From Macrostomum hystrix (Eukaryota; Animalia; Platyhelminthes): 64,000 nt of DNA. Location: assembly GCA_950097015.1 (NCBI GenBank), contig CATNEN010000008.1, positions 2,232,001 to 2,296,000 of the forward strand, in the 5' to 3' direction. A model generated the notes under the pieces. It did no database searches. It was given only the letters and a program-made list of their open reading frames with translations, and was not told where the DNA came from. Of the stretch, positions 24,196 to 37,000 are shown piece after piece. The translations under genes were made by a program, and so were the position numbers. Position 1 is the first letter of the stretch. Each line of letters begins with the position of its first letter.

Positions 24196-25810
24196 CTGCT
24201 TTGGAAATTAATAGAACTTTCAAAATATACTTTCCTATCTATCTGCGTTTATTAAAGCCTGTATGTTTGTGCAAGTTAACGTGTGTTGATTAGAGGGTTA
24301 GTACACCGAGTGCCCTGGATAGGATAAGCGCGCACTAGGAATTCACGCACGTGTGTGCAAGCCAGACTGACAAACATTTGACCAGCCCCATACTCGCATT
24401 TCCAAGCCAAAGCGAATACTGGTTTGGAACAGATAAGCTGGCCTTTAGAATATGGCCCGGAAATCCACGGCTTTAGCAGCCAATCTGACACTGGACTGGC
24501 TGAAATGCTTCGAAGCTATTCTGCACCCCTATGGCCTTATCGTATAGTTGAATTAACTAAAATCTGCATGCTCTGATTAAAATATCAAGCCCTGGCGTTT
24601 GCAGTAGAAAGGCCATGCTTGGGGGGGGGGCCACGGCGAAATTTCAAATACCCGCTGTCTACTTTACGATAGCTCCCAAACCGAATTACGATTTTCGTCA
24701 AGGTCCACCATATGGATCAAAACTTTCCGCCCTTTACGATGAACTAACTTTCGAAGCCATTCGACGTCAGCAACGTCGAGATATTCAGCGATTCTTGTCG
24801 AAGACACTGGTGACAAGGGCAACTAACATTGCGCTGTATTAACCTCTATGGCGAATGCATATTGGTTCAATAATCTGAGACCATCTATCGTAGGGACATC
24901 TGTTCCCAGCATCCCAGGCACTAGGGTCCCTTTCAATGTCTACTGACTGAACACTGCATGCTGAAGTGGACCCTCCAATTTCAGCTTTGTGAACGCTGCC
25001 GTCTTTGAAGGTGCTTTTTTGAAGGTCGCGGCCGATGCTCCAGACGGTGATGAAGGTGACCCTGGAGACTGGGATGTTGAGAAGGACACACTAACTGTTG
25101 TTTGTGGAGCCGACGTGGTTCCATGATGAAATTCTGTGGGCAGAAAAAAACTATGCCAATATTGGTGGTTTTTGCCACAGGAAACCCCGCCGAGAATCGT
25201 TGAATATCTTGACGATGCCGATGCCTTGTGATTCTGGAAGTTGTTTTATCGGATTGAGCAGGAGTTTTTAGCCAGTCTTCTGGATTTTGCTGGCGACTGG
25301 TTGAATAGGTGATAAAAAATATAATAAAAATACCCCTCGATTATCTCGTTTAAAAACTAAACGTAATACCAGTAAAACAAAAATACCCTGTCGACGGATA
25401 AAGTGTAGATGATGACAGCCATTTGAGTGAGACTGTTCCAAGGAGGACTCACAAGGTCTGCTCCCGTTCTGTTTCAGTCTCGATCAGCTCCTGCCTTGAA
25501 ATTTCCCACAGCCCCCTCCGACATCCTCCCTATCAGCCAATCCCCTGCTGTCATCATTCACTCACGCTGCACTGTTTTAAACAGTAGCTGGGGCAGCTGT
25601 GATGCAGCCAAGCCTCACACACATTCTCTCTCTCCCACTTCATCTGCGCTGAGCTATTGGCCCCTGCCCGAGGCCCTGGTATTATACTGTTTGCTTTTCC
25701 AGTTTTTTGCATCAACAGCAGCAGCAATAGCACGTTGCTTAATCTCCTAGGTGTTTTGACACTTGCCTCTAAGCAGTAAACAGAGAGAAGCAGTGGACTG
25801 GCCGCATTCA

Positions 25811-28800
25811 ATGGCCAATCAGCAGCAACAGCAGCAGCAGGTTAGCTCGCTGATGCAGGACGGAGCGAAGTGTCTTCGATGGGAAGAGGTAAGTGCGAAA
25901 TACCTCAATGAGTCCCAAATGATAGAAACTTGTGCAAAGACAGCCTTCAGCTGTTCAGTCCACGGACTGGTGGGGTAGCCACACTCCTGCTAATGCTCGC
26001 ACTGATCTATTAATAGTCACTAAGCACTGAAAGTGTTAATTAGCAGTTTACTTCACAGACTAAAAATAGAATTTAGTTTGCAGGTGGATTGAGTCATTTT
26101 TCAAAAATCCTTTCGTTTTCCGTCGTTTCAAGTAGAAGCTCACGATAAATAATTGATTGTTGCACCAAACTGTCCCTGATTAATTACTCAATGAGGTGAA
26201 GCAAAAATGGCCAGAAAAAACTCTGCCGATTTCGCAGGACTCAACTATGCCGCGAGCTGTGACTCTTAAAGTGGACTCAAAAGCGTACCTGCTGTTCTGG
26301 CAGGAGTTGAACGGGGTGAGCTCATGAAATTTGTACTAGTCACAAATTATTTTTATTTTTCATTTTCAGACATGCCCTAAGTTAAAAAAATTCGTAATCT
26401 AAAAGAAATCAACGCGTTTCCCAGAAATCACAATTTCCAAGAAATCACAATTTCCAAGAAATCACAATTTCCAAGAAATCACAATTTCCAAGAAATCACA
26501 ATTTCCAAGAAATCGCAATTGCCAAGAAATCACTATTTCCAAGAAATCACTATTTCCAAGAAATCACTATTTCCAAGAAATCACTATTGCCAAGAAATCA
26601 CAATTTCCAAGAAATCACAATTTCCAAGAAATCGCAATTGCCAAGAAATCACTATTTCCAAGAAATCACTATTTCCAAGAAATCACTATTGCCAAGAAAT
26701 CACTATTTCCAAGAAATCACTATTTTCAAGAAATCACTATTGCCAAGAAATCACTATTTCCAAGAAATCATTGTTTCATAGAAATCCCAGAAATTTTCCG
26801 AACCCCCAAATTCTGTTATCTAATGAATTTTCTGAAATCCCAAGTCCCCAGAAACCCCAAAGCCCCAGAAAGCCAATATTTTTAGAACTGCCACGTTCTC
26901 TAAAATCCCAAATTCCCTGAAAACCTGTAAATCTCGGACATCTTAAATTCCTAGAAATCCCAAATTTCCCTAAATCTTCTGTACTCAGAAATGCCACAAT
27001 TATATCCTATCTCAAATTGTTGCAAATCAGCAATTAGCCTGACATCGTATTCTTAGAAATCGGATCTCCATATCTCTCCAGCAATGAAGATATGAAAACA
27101 GCAGCAAATAAAAGTGCATCTCTAAATCTCTCGACCCGCTCAGGACACCGACTTCATGGAGATCGCGCGCATCAGGGACACCAGAGTGGGCCGGGGTGCT
27201 CGAGTGCCAAAGGTGAGCTTTTTCACAAACGTCGAGTTATAGTACTCATGCTCAAATTATTACGTAGACAAAAAAAATTCAAAACAAATTGGCTGATTAC
27301 CTTGCATTAGCCTCCCCACAGCTCCAACCTCCCTGCCCGCCTGTCACCTTTATAGCCAAAGCAAAAAATGAAATTGAAGCGATGAGGACTCCCACACTAG
27401 CTTGAGTAGACTGCTCGGTGAGGGATGGATGAGAGAGAGGTGGGCGAAGAGGATAAGAGTTGCAACAACAGGAATTAGCATTTTTCCCACTGCAAAGAAT
27501 GCTAATCGCGCGGACGTAGCGAGAGACAGGAGCGGCTAAGGAGGATCAGCGAGATGGAAACACAATGTTAGCTACTGCATATTATTTTGCAGTCAGAATA
27601 TGCACCTGCTCTGAGCATGCACTCACTGTCCTTAACCCTAATTATTCTTTTCTTACCCTCCTAGCCCGCAAAACATTTGCCTTTGTTGCCGCCTACAGAT
27701 ATGGAAAGGAGTAGACACAGGAGTGAGTAGATACGGGAGTGAGTAGATACGGGAGTGAGTAGACACAGGAGTTAGTAGACACGGGAGTGAGTAGACACGG
27801 GAGGGAGTAGACACGGGAGTGAGTAGACACGGGAGGGAGTAGACACGGGAGGGAGTAGACACGGGAGTGAGTAGACACAGGAGTGAGTAGACACGGGAGT
27901 GAGTAGATACGGGAGTGAGTAGATACGGGAGTGAGTAGACACAGGAGTTAGTAGACACGGGAGTGAGTAGACACGGGAGGGAGTAGACACGGGAGTGAGT
28001 AGACACGGGAGGGAGTAGACACGGGAGGGAGTAGACACGGGAGTGAGTAGACACAGGAGTGAGTAGACACGGGAGTGAGTAGATACGGGAGTGAGTAGAC
28101 ACAGGAGTGAGTAGACACGGGAGTGAGTAGACACGGGAGTGAGTAGACACGGGAGTGAGTAGATACGGGAGTGAGTAGACACGGGAGTGAGTAGACACGG
28201 AAGGGAGTAGACACGGGAGTGAGTAGACACGGGAGGTAGTAGACACGGGAGTGAGTAGACACGGGAGGTAGTAGACAAGGGAGTGAGTAGACACGGAAGG
28301 GAGTAGACACGGGAGTGAGTAGACACGGGAGGTAGTAGACACGGGAGGTAGTAGACACGGGAGTGAGTAGACACGGGAGTGAGTAGATACGGGAGTGAGT
28401 AGATACGGGAGTGAGTAGACACGGGAGTGAGTAGACACGCGAGTGAGTAGATACAGGAGTGAGTAGACACGGGAGTGAGTAGACACGGGAGTGAGTAGAC
28501 ACGGGAGTTAGTAGACACGGGAGTGAGTAGACACGGGAGTGAGTAGACACGGGAGTGAGTAGACACAGGAGTTAGTAGACACGGGAGTTAGTAGACACGG
28601 GAGTGAGTAGACACGGGAGTGAGTAGACACGGAAGTGAGTAGACACGGGAGTGAGTAGACACGGGAGTGAGTAGACACGGGAGTGAGTAGACACGGGAGT
28701 GAGTAGACACGGGAGTGAGTAGACACGGGAGGGAGTAGACACGGGAGTGAGTAGACACGGGAGTGAGTAGATACGGGAGTGAGTAGACACGGGAGTGAGT

Positions 28801-30605
28801 AGACACGGGAGTGAGTAGACACGGGAGTGAGTAGATACGGGAGTGAGTAGATACGGGAGTGAGTAGACACGGGAGTGAGTAGACACGGGAGTGAGTAGAC
28901 ACAGAAGTGAGTAGACACGGGAGTAAGTAGACACGGGAGGGAGTAGACACGAGAGGTAGTAGACACGGGAGTGAGTAGACACGGGAGTGAGTAGATACGG
29001 GAGTGAGTAGACACGGGAGTGAGTAGACACGGGAGTGAGTAGACACGAGAGGTAGTAGACACGGGAGTGAGTAGTCACGGGAGGGAGTAGACACGGGAGG
29101 TAGTAGACACGGGAGTGAGTAGACACGAAAGTGAGTAGACACGGGAGTGAGTAGACACGGGAGGGAGTAGACACGGGAGATAGTAGACACGGGAGGGAGT
29201 AGACACGGGAGATAGTAGACACGGGAGGTAGTAGACACGGGAGGGAGTAGACACGGGAGGGAGTAGACACGGGAGGTAGTAGACACGGGAGTGAGTAGAC
29301 ACGGGAGTGAGTAGACACGAAAGTGAGTAGACACGGGAGTGAGTAGACACGGGAGTGAGTAGACACGGAAGGGAGTAGACACGGGCTGTTAGTCAGAAAG
29401 AACAAAGGCTAGTTAATTCTTAGAGTGAAGGAGATCAAGAAATGGCAAGTAAGTGATGTGTCCGGGCAGATAAGAAAGCACATCGAGTATCTTAATGCAT
29501 GCATCCTTTGTCATTCTACCTACATTGGTTCAGACAAAATGCTGGGTTGCTTTTTAGTTTGGAAGAAGAAAAATAGTGTCAATTAGCAGCAGCAGCAGGC
29601 TGTGAGGCAAAAAGCGTCGCACAGCGTGCCAATGTACCCGTCAATCAAATGCAGCTCAGCCACAACACAGTTAGTTATAAAAGGATCTACCAGCATGTTT
29701 GCTTCACAAGCCCGTGCAAATCGGACTCTCTTTACTTTGGCATTTTTTTAAATATCCATGGGATGTCAGGAGAGTCCATTGGATGTCAAGAGAGTCCATG
29801 GGATGTCAGGAGAGTCCATGGGATGTCAGGATAGTCTATGGGATGTCAGAATAGTCTATGGGATGTCAGGAGAGTCCATTGGATTTCTCAAGTGATTCCT
29901 AACCGAAACTGACAAACAAAGGAGCCGAAGCTGCGAGAATTCTGCGCCCAATTCGGATCGGCTTTGGATTATCCCCTAGAGGACAGGTGCTTCTCAGTGG
30001 TCTGGGGCGCCGACCTTGTCAACCTGCAGTGGATCAACTTTGTGGCTTTGAATAGGGAGACTGCGCAGGTGAGTTGTGCCTGTCTGTCCGTCTGTCTGTC
30101 TGCCTGTCTGTCTGTCTGTCCGTCTGTCCGTCTGTCTGTCTGTCTTTCTGTCTGCCTGTCTGTCTGTCTGTCCGTCTGTCCGTCTGTCTGTCTGTCTGTC
30201 TGTCTGTCTTTCTGTCTGCCTGTCTGTCTGTCCGTCTGTCCGTCTGTCTGTCTGTCTTTCTGTCTGCCTGTCTGTCTGTCTGTCCGTCTGTCCGTCTGTC
30301 TGTCTGTCTTTCCGTCTGTCTGTCTGTCTTTCTGTCTGTCTGTCTGTCTGTCCGTCTGTCCGTCTGTCTGTCTGTCTGTCTGTCCGTCTGTCCGTCTGTC
30401 TGTCTGTCTGTCTTTCTGTCTGTCTGTCTGTCTGTCCGTCTGTCCGTCTGTCCGTCTGTCTGTCCGTCTGTCCGTCTGTCTGTCTGTCTTTCTGTCTGTC
30501 TGTCTGTCTGTCCGTCTGTCCGTCTGTCCGTCTGTCTGTCTGTCTTTCTGTCTGTCTGTCTGTCTGTCCGTCTGTCCGTCTGTCTGTCCGTCTGTCCGTC
30601 TGTCC

Positions 30606-30655
<50 letters not shown>

Positions 30656-30977
30656 CCGTCTGTCCGTCTGTCCGTCCGTCTGTCCGTCTGTCCGTCTGTC
30701 TGTCTGTCTGTCTGTCTGTCTTTCTGTCTGTCTGTCTGTCTGTCCGTCTGTCCGTCTGTCTGTCTGTCTGTCTGTCCGTCTGTCCGTCTGTCTGTCTGTC
30801 TGTCTTTCTGTCTGTCTGTCTGTCTGTCCGTCTGTCCGTCTGTCCGTCTGTCTGTCCGTCTGTCCGTCTGTCTGTCTGTCTTTCTGTCTGTCTGTCTGTC
30901 TGTCCGTCTGTCCGTCTGTCCGTCTGTCTGTCTGTCTTTCTGTCTGTCTGTCTGTCTGTCCGTCTGTCCGTCTGTCC

Positions 30978-31027
<50 letters not shown>

Positions 31028-34000
31028 CCGTCTGTCCGTCTGTCTGGGTGTCTGTCTGTCTGTCAGTCTGTCTGTCAGTTCTGGGTGTCTGTCTGTCAGT
31101 CTGTCTGTCAGTTCTGGGTGTCTGTCTGTCAGTCTGTCTGTCAGTTCTGGGTATCTGTCTGTCAGTCTGTCTGTCTGTCTGTCTGGTCTGTCTGTCTGTC
31201 TGTCTGTCTGGTCTGTCTGTCTGTCTGTCTGTCTGTCCGCCAGTCAGTGCCAGCCATCAAGTCGGCCTCCCTGAACCGCACCCTCAGCACTGGAGCCAGG
31301 AGCTGTTCTCCCATGCAACGAGCACGCTGGCGTTGAATCCCTGTTTCTCGGACCTGCTGGAGCGAGCTTGGATCCGCCTGACAGTCTGCAGCCAGCCCGA
31401 TGGCACGATCCCCGTCAAGAGGTTGGCGGCTTCAGATTGAAAAACTTGTGGGGGGAGTCTTCGTTTTCGACCAAAGTTATCCCAATCATAAGAAACTAAA
31501 TTTTTCAAAAGTTCACGGGAGAAAATTCAATAATTTTTCAGCATCCTCAAGCTGTTTGCCGCGCAGAAGGACGACAAGAAGAGGGTGGAGACAGCCCTGG
31601 CCACCTGCCAACTTCTGTCAGCAACAAAGGTGAGGAGGACTTTCTCAGTTTTGTTCCCTGTTTTCAGTTGAATTCTGTAAAAAATCCCATCCTTGATCTG
31701 TGAAAATCTAGCCCGACTGCGTTGAAGCAAAGCTGCTGACCTTTGACGCTTTTCTGGGATTTCACGCGCGACTGTTCCCAAGACAGGACATTGACAGGAT
31801 CTGCGTGGAGCTGTGAGAGCCTGTCATGCTTGATTAGCTATCTGTACTTACTGCTCTTGGCATCTCGCTCCTTCCCTCCCCTCTCCCTCCCTCCTCTCTC
31901 TCCTTCTCCCTCTCCTCTTCTCTTCTCTGTCTCCCCCTTCCTCTCAGCCGTCCTCTCCCTCTTTTCTCTCTCCCCTTCTCTCCCCTTCTCTCCCCTTCTC
32001 CTCCCTCCTCTCGCTTAACACTCCTCTTCCCTTCACCTCCTCTCTCTGTCCCCATTTCTTCCACCCCATCTCTCCCTCTCCCTCAGTAAATCAAAGCAAA
32101 GAAGGCCTGAAAACCCATTATAAATCTCCGTCCTCAGCAATCCCGGCTGTCAGTCCGAGCCAAACTATCACCTGACCCGGGCTCAGTTCACGCGCCTGTT
32201 AAACGATCGCCAACGCGACCCAAGACTTAACGAGATCCTGCATCCGTATTGCAACGAAGCCAAGGCTCGCGAAGTTATTCAACGATTTGAGCCGGATCCT
32301 GCATTCGCAGAGCTCGGTAGGATTCCTGACGATGATAATTTGCTGATTGGCGGGCTGAATGGGATGGGCGGCAGATTAATGGGGTGGTTGTCTAGAAGCC
32401 TGATTGGCTAGACTTCCTCCAATCTATTCAGACCGAATCAGCAGTCGCGGACTGCATGCGTTTCTAACTTCCACCGAGAGTCGCCCGCTGCCATCGGAGA
32501 AGCTGGACATTGGACAGGACATGGAACAGCCGCTGGCGCACTATTTCATCAATTCATCGCACAACACCTACTTGTCAGGTTAGGCAACCTACAACCATCC
32601 TCACACAAGCCCCACTCCGCACATACACAAGGAATTTTGCACCAACTTCACACCCTCCCCACTACGCACAGTCCAACACCTATTTCTACCAAACTTCGCA
32701 CCCTCCCTACACTGCAGAGTCCACACCCCTTTCGCCAACTTCGCACCCTCCCCACTCCGCAGAGTCCACACCCCTTCCCGCTAACTTCGCAACCTCCCCA
32801 CTCCGCAGAGTCCACACCCCTTCCCGCTAACTTCGCACCCTCCCCACTCCGCAGAGTCCAACACCCCTTCCCGCTAACTTTGCACCCTACCCACTCCGCA
32901 GAGTCCAACACCCCTTCCCGCTAACTTCGCACCCTCCCCACTCCGTAGAGCCCAACACCCCTTCCCGCTAACTTTGCACCCTCCCCACTCCGCAGAGTCC
33001 AACACCTATTTCTACCAAACTTCGCACCCTCCCTACTCAGCAGAGTCCACACCCCTTCCCGCCAACTTCGAACCCTCCCCACCCCACACATCCCCACTCC
33101 ACACATTCCTCCTCAGGCCACCAGCTGACCGGCCGCAGCTCCGCAGAGTTGTACCGCCAGGTACTGCTGACAGGCTGTCGCTGCCTTGAGCTAGACTGCT
33201 GGGACGGCCACGGCGCAGATGAGGAGCCGGTGATCACACATGGATACACAATGTGCAGCGAGGTGTCCTTCAGGGTGAGCAGGATTTATTTTGATCTCCG
33301 AATTCTTCAAAAAATTTCCGTGAGAAAATATTTGACTCGGAAACCTTTTTCAATCTGCCTCTAGGAGACAATGGAAGCAATAGCGGAGGCAGCATTCAAA
33401 GTGTCCGACTATCCGGTTATCTTGTCCTTCGAAAATCACTGCTCGTGAGTGCTTTCAATTAAAAAATATAATCAGAGCTGAATCAAACAATGATCAGCCA
33501 ATATTCTCCCCGCCTATTGACTCAGACCAAAGCAGCAGGTGAAGATGGTCCAACTGCTCAAGGAATATCTGGGCGAAAAAATACTCACTCACGAATTGGA
33601 GTCAAATCCAGTAAGACAGACGGTGCAAATCTTAATTGTGAATCAATAGCATCAATAAAAAAATACGAGTAATTTCACTAACTTTTATACCCTCTTGTAT
33701 TGTGAAATTTCAGCTAAAGTCAGGAGTACCACTGCCAAGCCCGGAACAGCTGAGGGGTCGCTTCCTCATCAAGAATAAGAAGCGACACTTCAAAAAGTCG
33801 GGTGGGTTCGATTTCGGACCCACTCAACCTCTCTGACCCACTCAACCTCTCTCTGACCCACTCAACCTCTCTGACCCACTCTACCTCTCTCTGACCCACT
33901 CTACCTCTCTCTAACCCACTCAACCTCTCTCTGACCCACTCTACCTCTCTCTGACCCACTCTACCTCTCTCTGACCCACTCAACCTCTCTCTGACCCACT

Positions 34001-37000
34001 CAACCTCTCTCTGACCCACTCAACCTCTCTCTGACCCACTCTACCTCTCTCTGACACACTCTACCTCTCTCTGACCCACTCTACCTCTCTCTGGCCCACT
34101 CTACCTCTCTCTGACCCACTCAACCTCTCTCTGAACCACTCTACCTCTCTCTGACCCACTCCACCTCTCTCTGACCCACTCCACCTCTCTCTGACCCACT
34201 CAACCTCTCTCTGACCCACTCAACCTCTCTCTGACCCACTCTACCTCTCTCTGACACACTCTACCTCTCTCTGACACACTCTACCTCTCTCTGACCCACT
34301 CAACCTCTCTCTGACCCACTCAACCTCTCTCTGAACCACTCTACCTCTCTCTGACCCACTCTGCCTCTCTCTGACCCACTCAACCTCTCTCTGACACACT
34401 CTACCTCTCTCTGACACACTCTACCTCTCTCTGACCCACTCAACCTCTCTCTGACCCACTCAACCTCTCTCTGGCACACTCTACCTCTCTCTGACCCACT
34501 CAACCTCTCTCTGGCACACTCTACCTCTCTCTGACCCACTCTACCTCTCTCTGACCCACTCAACCTCTCTCTGACACACTCTACCTCTCTCTGACCCACT
34601 CAACCTCTCTCTGACACACTCTACCTCTCTCTGACACACTCTACCTCTCTCTGACCCACTGTCCACCTCCCTGACCCATTTTCAAAATCTTCGACCTATT
34701 TCCCAACACTCAGACCCATTCTCTAATTCTCTGACCCGATTCCCAACTCTCTGACCCATTTTCTAATTCTCTGACCCAATTCCCAACTCTCTGACCCATT
34801 TCCTAATTTTCTGACCCATTTTCCAACTCTCTGACCCATTTCCTAATTCTCTGACCCATTTCCTAATTCTCTGACCCATTTCCCAACTCTCAGACTCACT
34901 CTCTATGTAAATGTCCCTCATTCGTCAGCTCCTTTGATTTTCAATCTCTCCCACTTCTTCCAGACAGGTCCAATGTCTGTCTGTCGCTGCTCACAACATC
35001 CACAGCCTTTTCAAATCATTCCAGTTTTTTATCATCCCACTCAATCAAGATCCCGTCTGGCTGGAACAGGCTTAAATCCGAATTGATCAATATCTTGCAG
35101 GCAAGCAGGCACAGCTCAGAGACACTGGTAACCTGGAGACAGAGGACTACGGTCGCACAGGTGAGAAAAATGAGTCCTATCTGCTGTTTGAATGACTTCA
35201 TCGTTCACTAAGCCGAAATGGTGCCTTGTGTTAGCTGCCAATTCAATTTTATTTTTTATACTCGGGACGGAAAGCTTCTAGCTGTTTATTAATTTATAAT
35301 CTTTCAGGCCAGACAGGTGACAGACAAGGATGAAAATTAATAGTGAAAATTTCATTTTTATCCTAATCTCAAGTGGCATTAATCGATGCGGACGGGAAAA
35401 ATTGGCCTCCCAAGCCTGTCATTGAGTTTTAATCTGAAATGCACCGAAAATTAATAAAGATAGCGTTGCCGTACACAATAGTTCTCTTGTGATAAGAATA
35501 GTTTTAATACAAGAACTGGATTCTGTGCAGGATTCGATTTCGGCATCATCATTTTAGCTTTCTTAAGTGACAAGAGGTTCCTTATCAGCCTGTTGTACTT
35601 TTCTACAGAAAGCTTTAAAAAAATCTAAACAAGTAAACTCACACCACACCCGCCACCTCACACCACACCCGCCACCTCACACCACACCCGCCACCTCACA
35701 CCACACCCGCCACCTCACACCACACCCGCCACCTCACTTCACACCCGCCACCCCACTTCACACCCGCCACCTCACTTCACACCCGCCACCTCACTTCACA
35801 CCCGCCACCTCACTTCACACCCGCCACCTCACTTCATACCCGCCACCTCACTTCACACCCGCCACCTCACTTCACACCCGCCACCTCACTTCACAACCAC
35901 CAGCTCACTCTACAACAGCAACCTCACTCCACACCCAGCATTAAACTGTACACCCATCATTAAACTCCACACCCAGCATCCAACTCCATACCCGCCACCT
36001 CACTCCACACCCAGCATTCCACTCCACAACCAACAACTCACTCCACACCCAGCATTAAACACCACACCCGGCCTCCTCACTCCACACCCGCCACTGGACT
36101 CAATACCAGCAACCTCACTCCACACCCAGCATTCCACTAAACACCCGCCATCTCACTTCACAACCAGCATTCCACTCCACACCCGACACCAATCAACCGA
36201 CACCGGCCGCCACCTCACTCCCCACAGGCAACCGCACTCCACATTCGCAAACTCACTACCCACCCGCCAGATTTGGATCAACCAGACGAGGCAGTTGACG
36301 AGGAAGACGAGGATCCGGAGCTTCTGCACCTGAGGCAGGCGGCCCAGCAGCTGGCGCTACGAGGCGCCACCGCTGCCGACTCAACTGCCGAGTCTGGCAC
36401 AGTGACGCTTTCTGAAATTTCCGCCATGGTTAACTATATTGAGCCGGCACCGTTCTATTCATTTCAGTACGCAGCCAGTGAGTGATGGGTCTTGGCTGTG
36501 TGATAATTATTCAGCGAAATGCACTGTTTTGGAATGAAACTGGCTTCTAATTTGTAATAGAATTTGAGCGCTAGTGTCGAATATTTAGGCCAGAAAAATT
36601 TATTGAACGGCATGAATTCCACTTCCACAGAGAAAAACGTTTCCTACGAGTGCTGTTCCCTCTCTGAGACAAACGCCATGAATCTGCTTAAAGAGTCGCC
36701 AGTTGAGTTTGTCAAGTGAGACATCAGATTTCTAATGAGCAACGCCTTTTTCGCACTACACTACTGCCACTGCTGTTCAGTAGAAATGGAGGAAAATGCA
36801 ACCAATAATTTATAAACCAAAACTACAAACTTCGAATGCTCCACGCTCCACAGTGAGGTAGCTCCACAGCCACCACCTCACTCCACAACCGCCACCTCAC
36901 TCCACACCCGACACCTCACTCCACATCAGCCACCTCACTCCACACCCGACACCTCACTCCACAACCGACACCTCACTCCACATCAGCCACCTCACTCCAC

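Noticed and set aside
27653-31440. ORFs of 200-450 aa in PLCB introns 3-4
   Set aside because: Products of the 16-bp and TCTG repeats. The flanking exons splice in phase without them.
34964-35100. Extra PLCB exon starting at the acceptors 34963/34967
   Set aside because: One option ends in the wrong phase for the next exon and the other hits a stop. Exon 35101-35160 alone preserves the frame.
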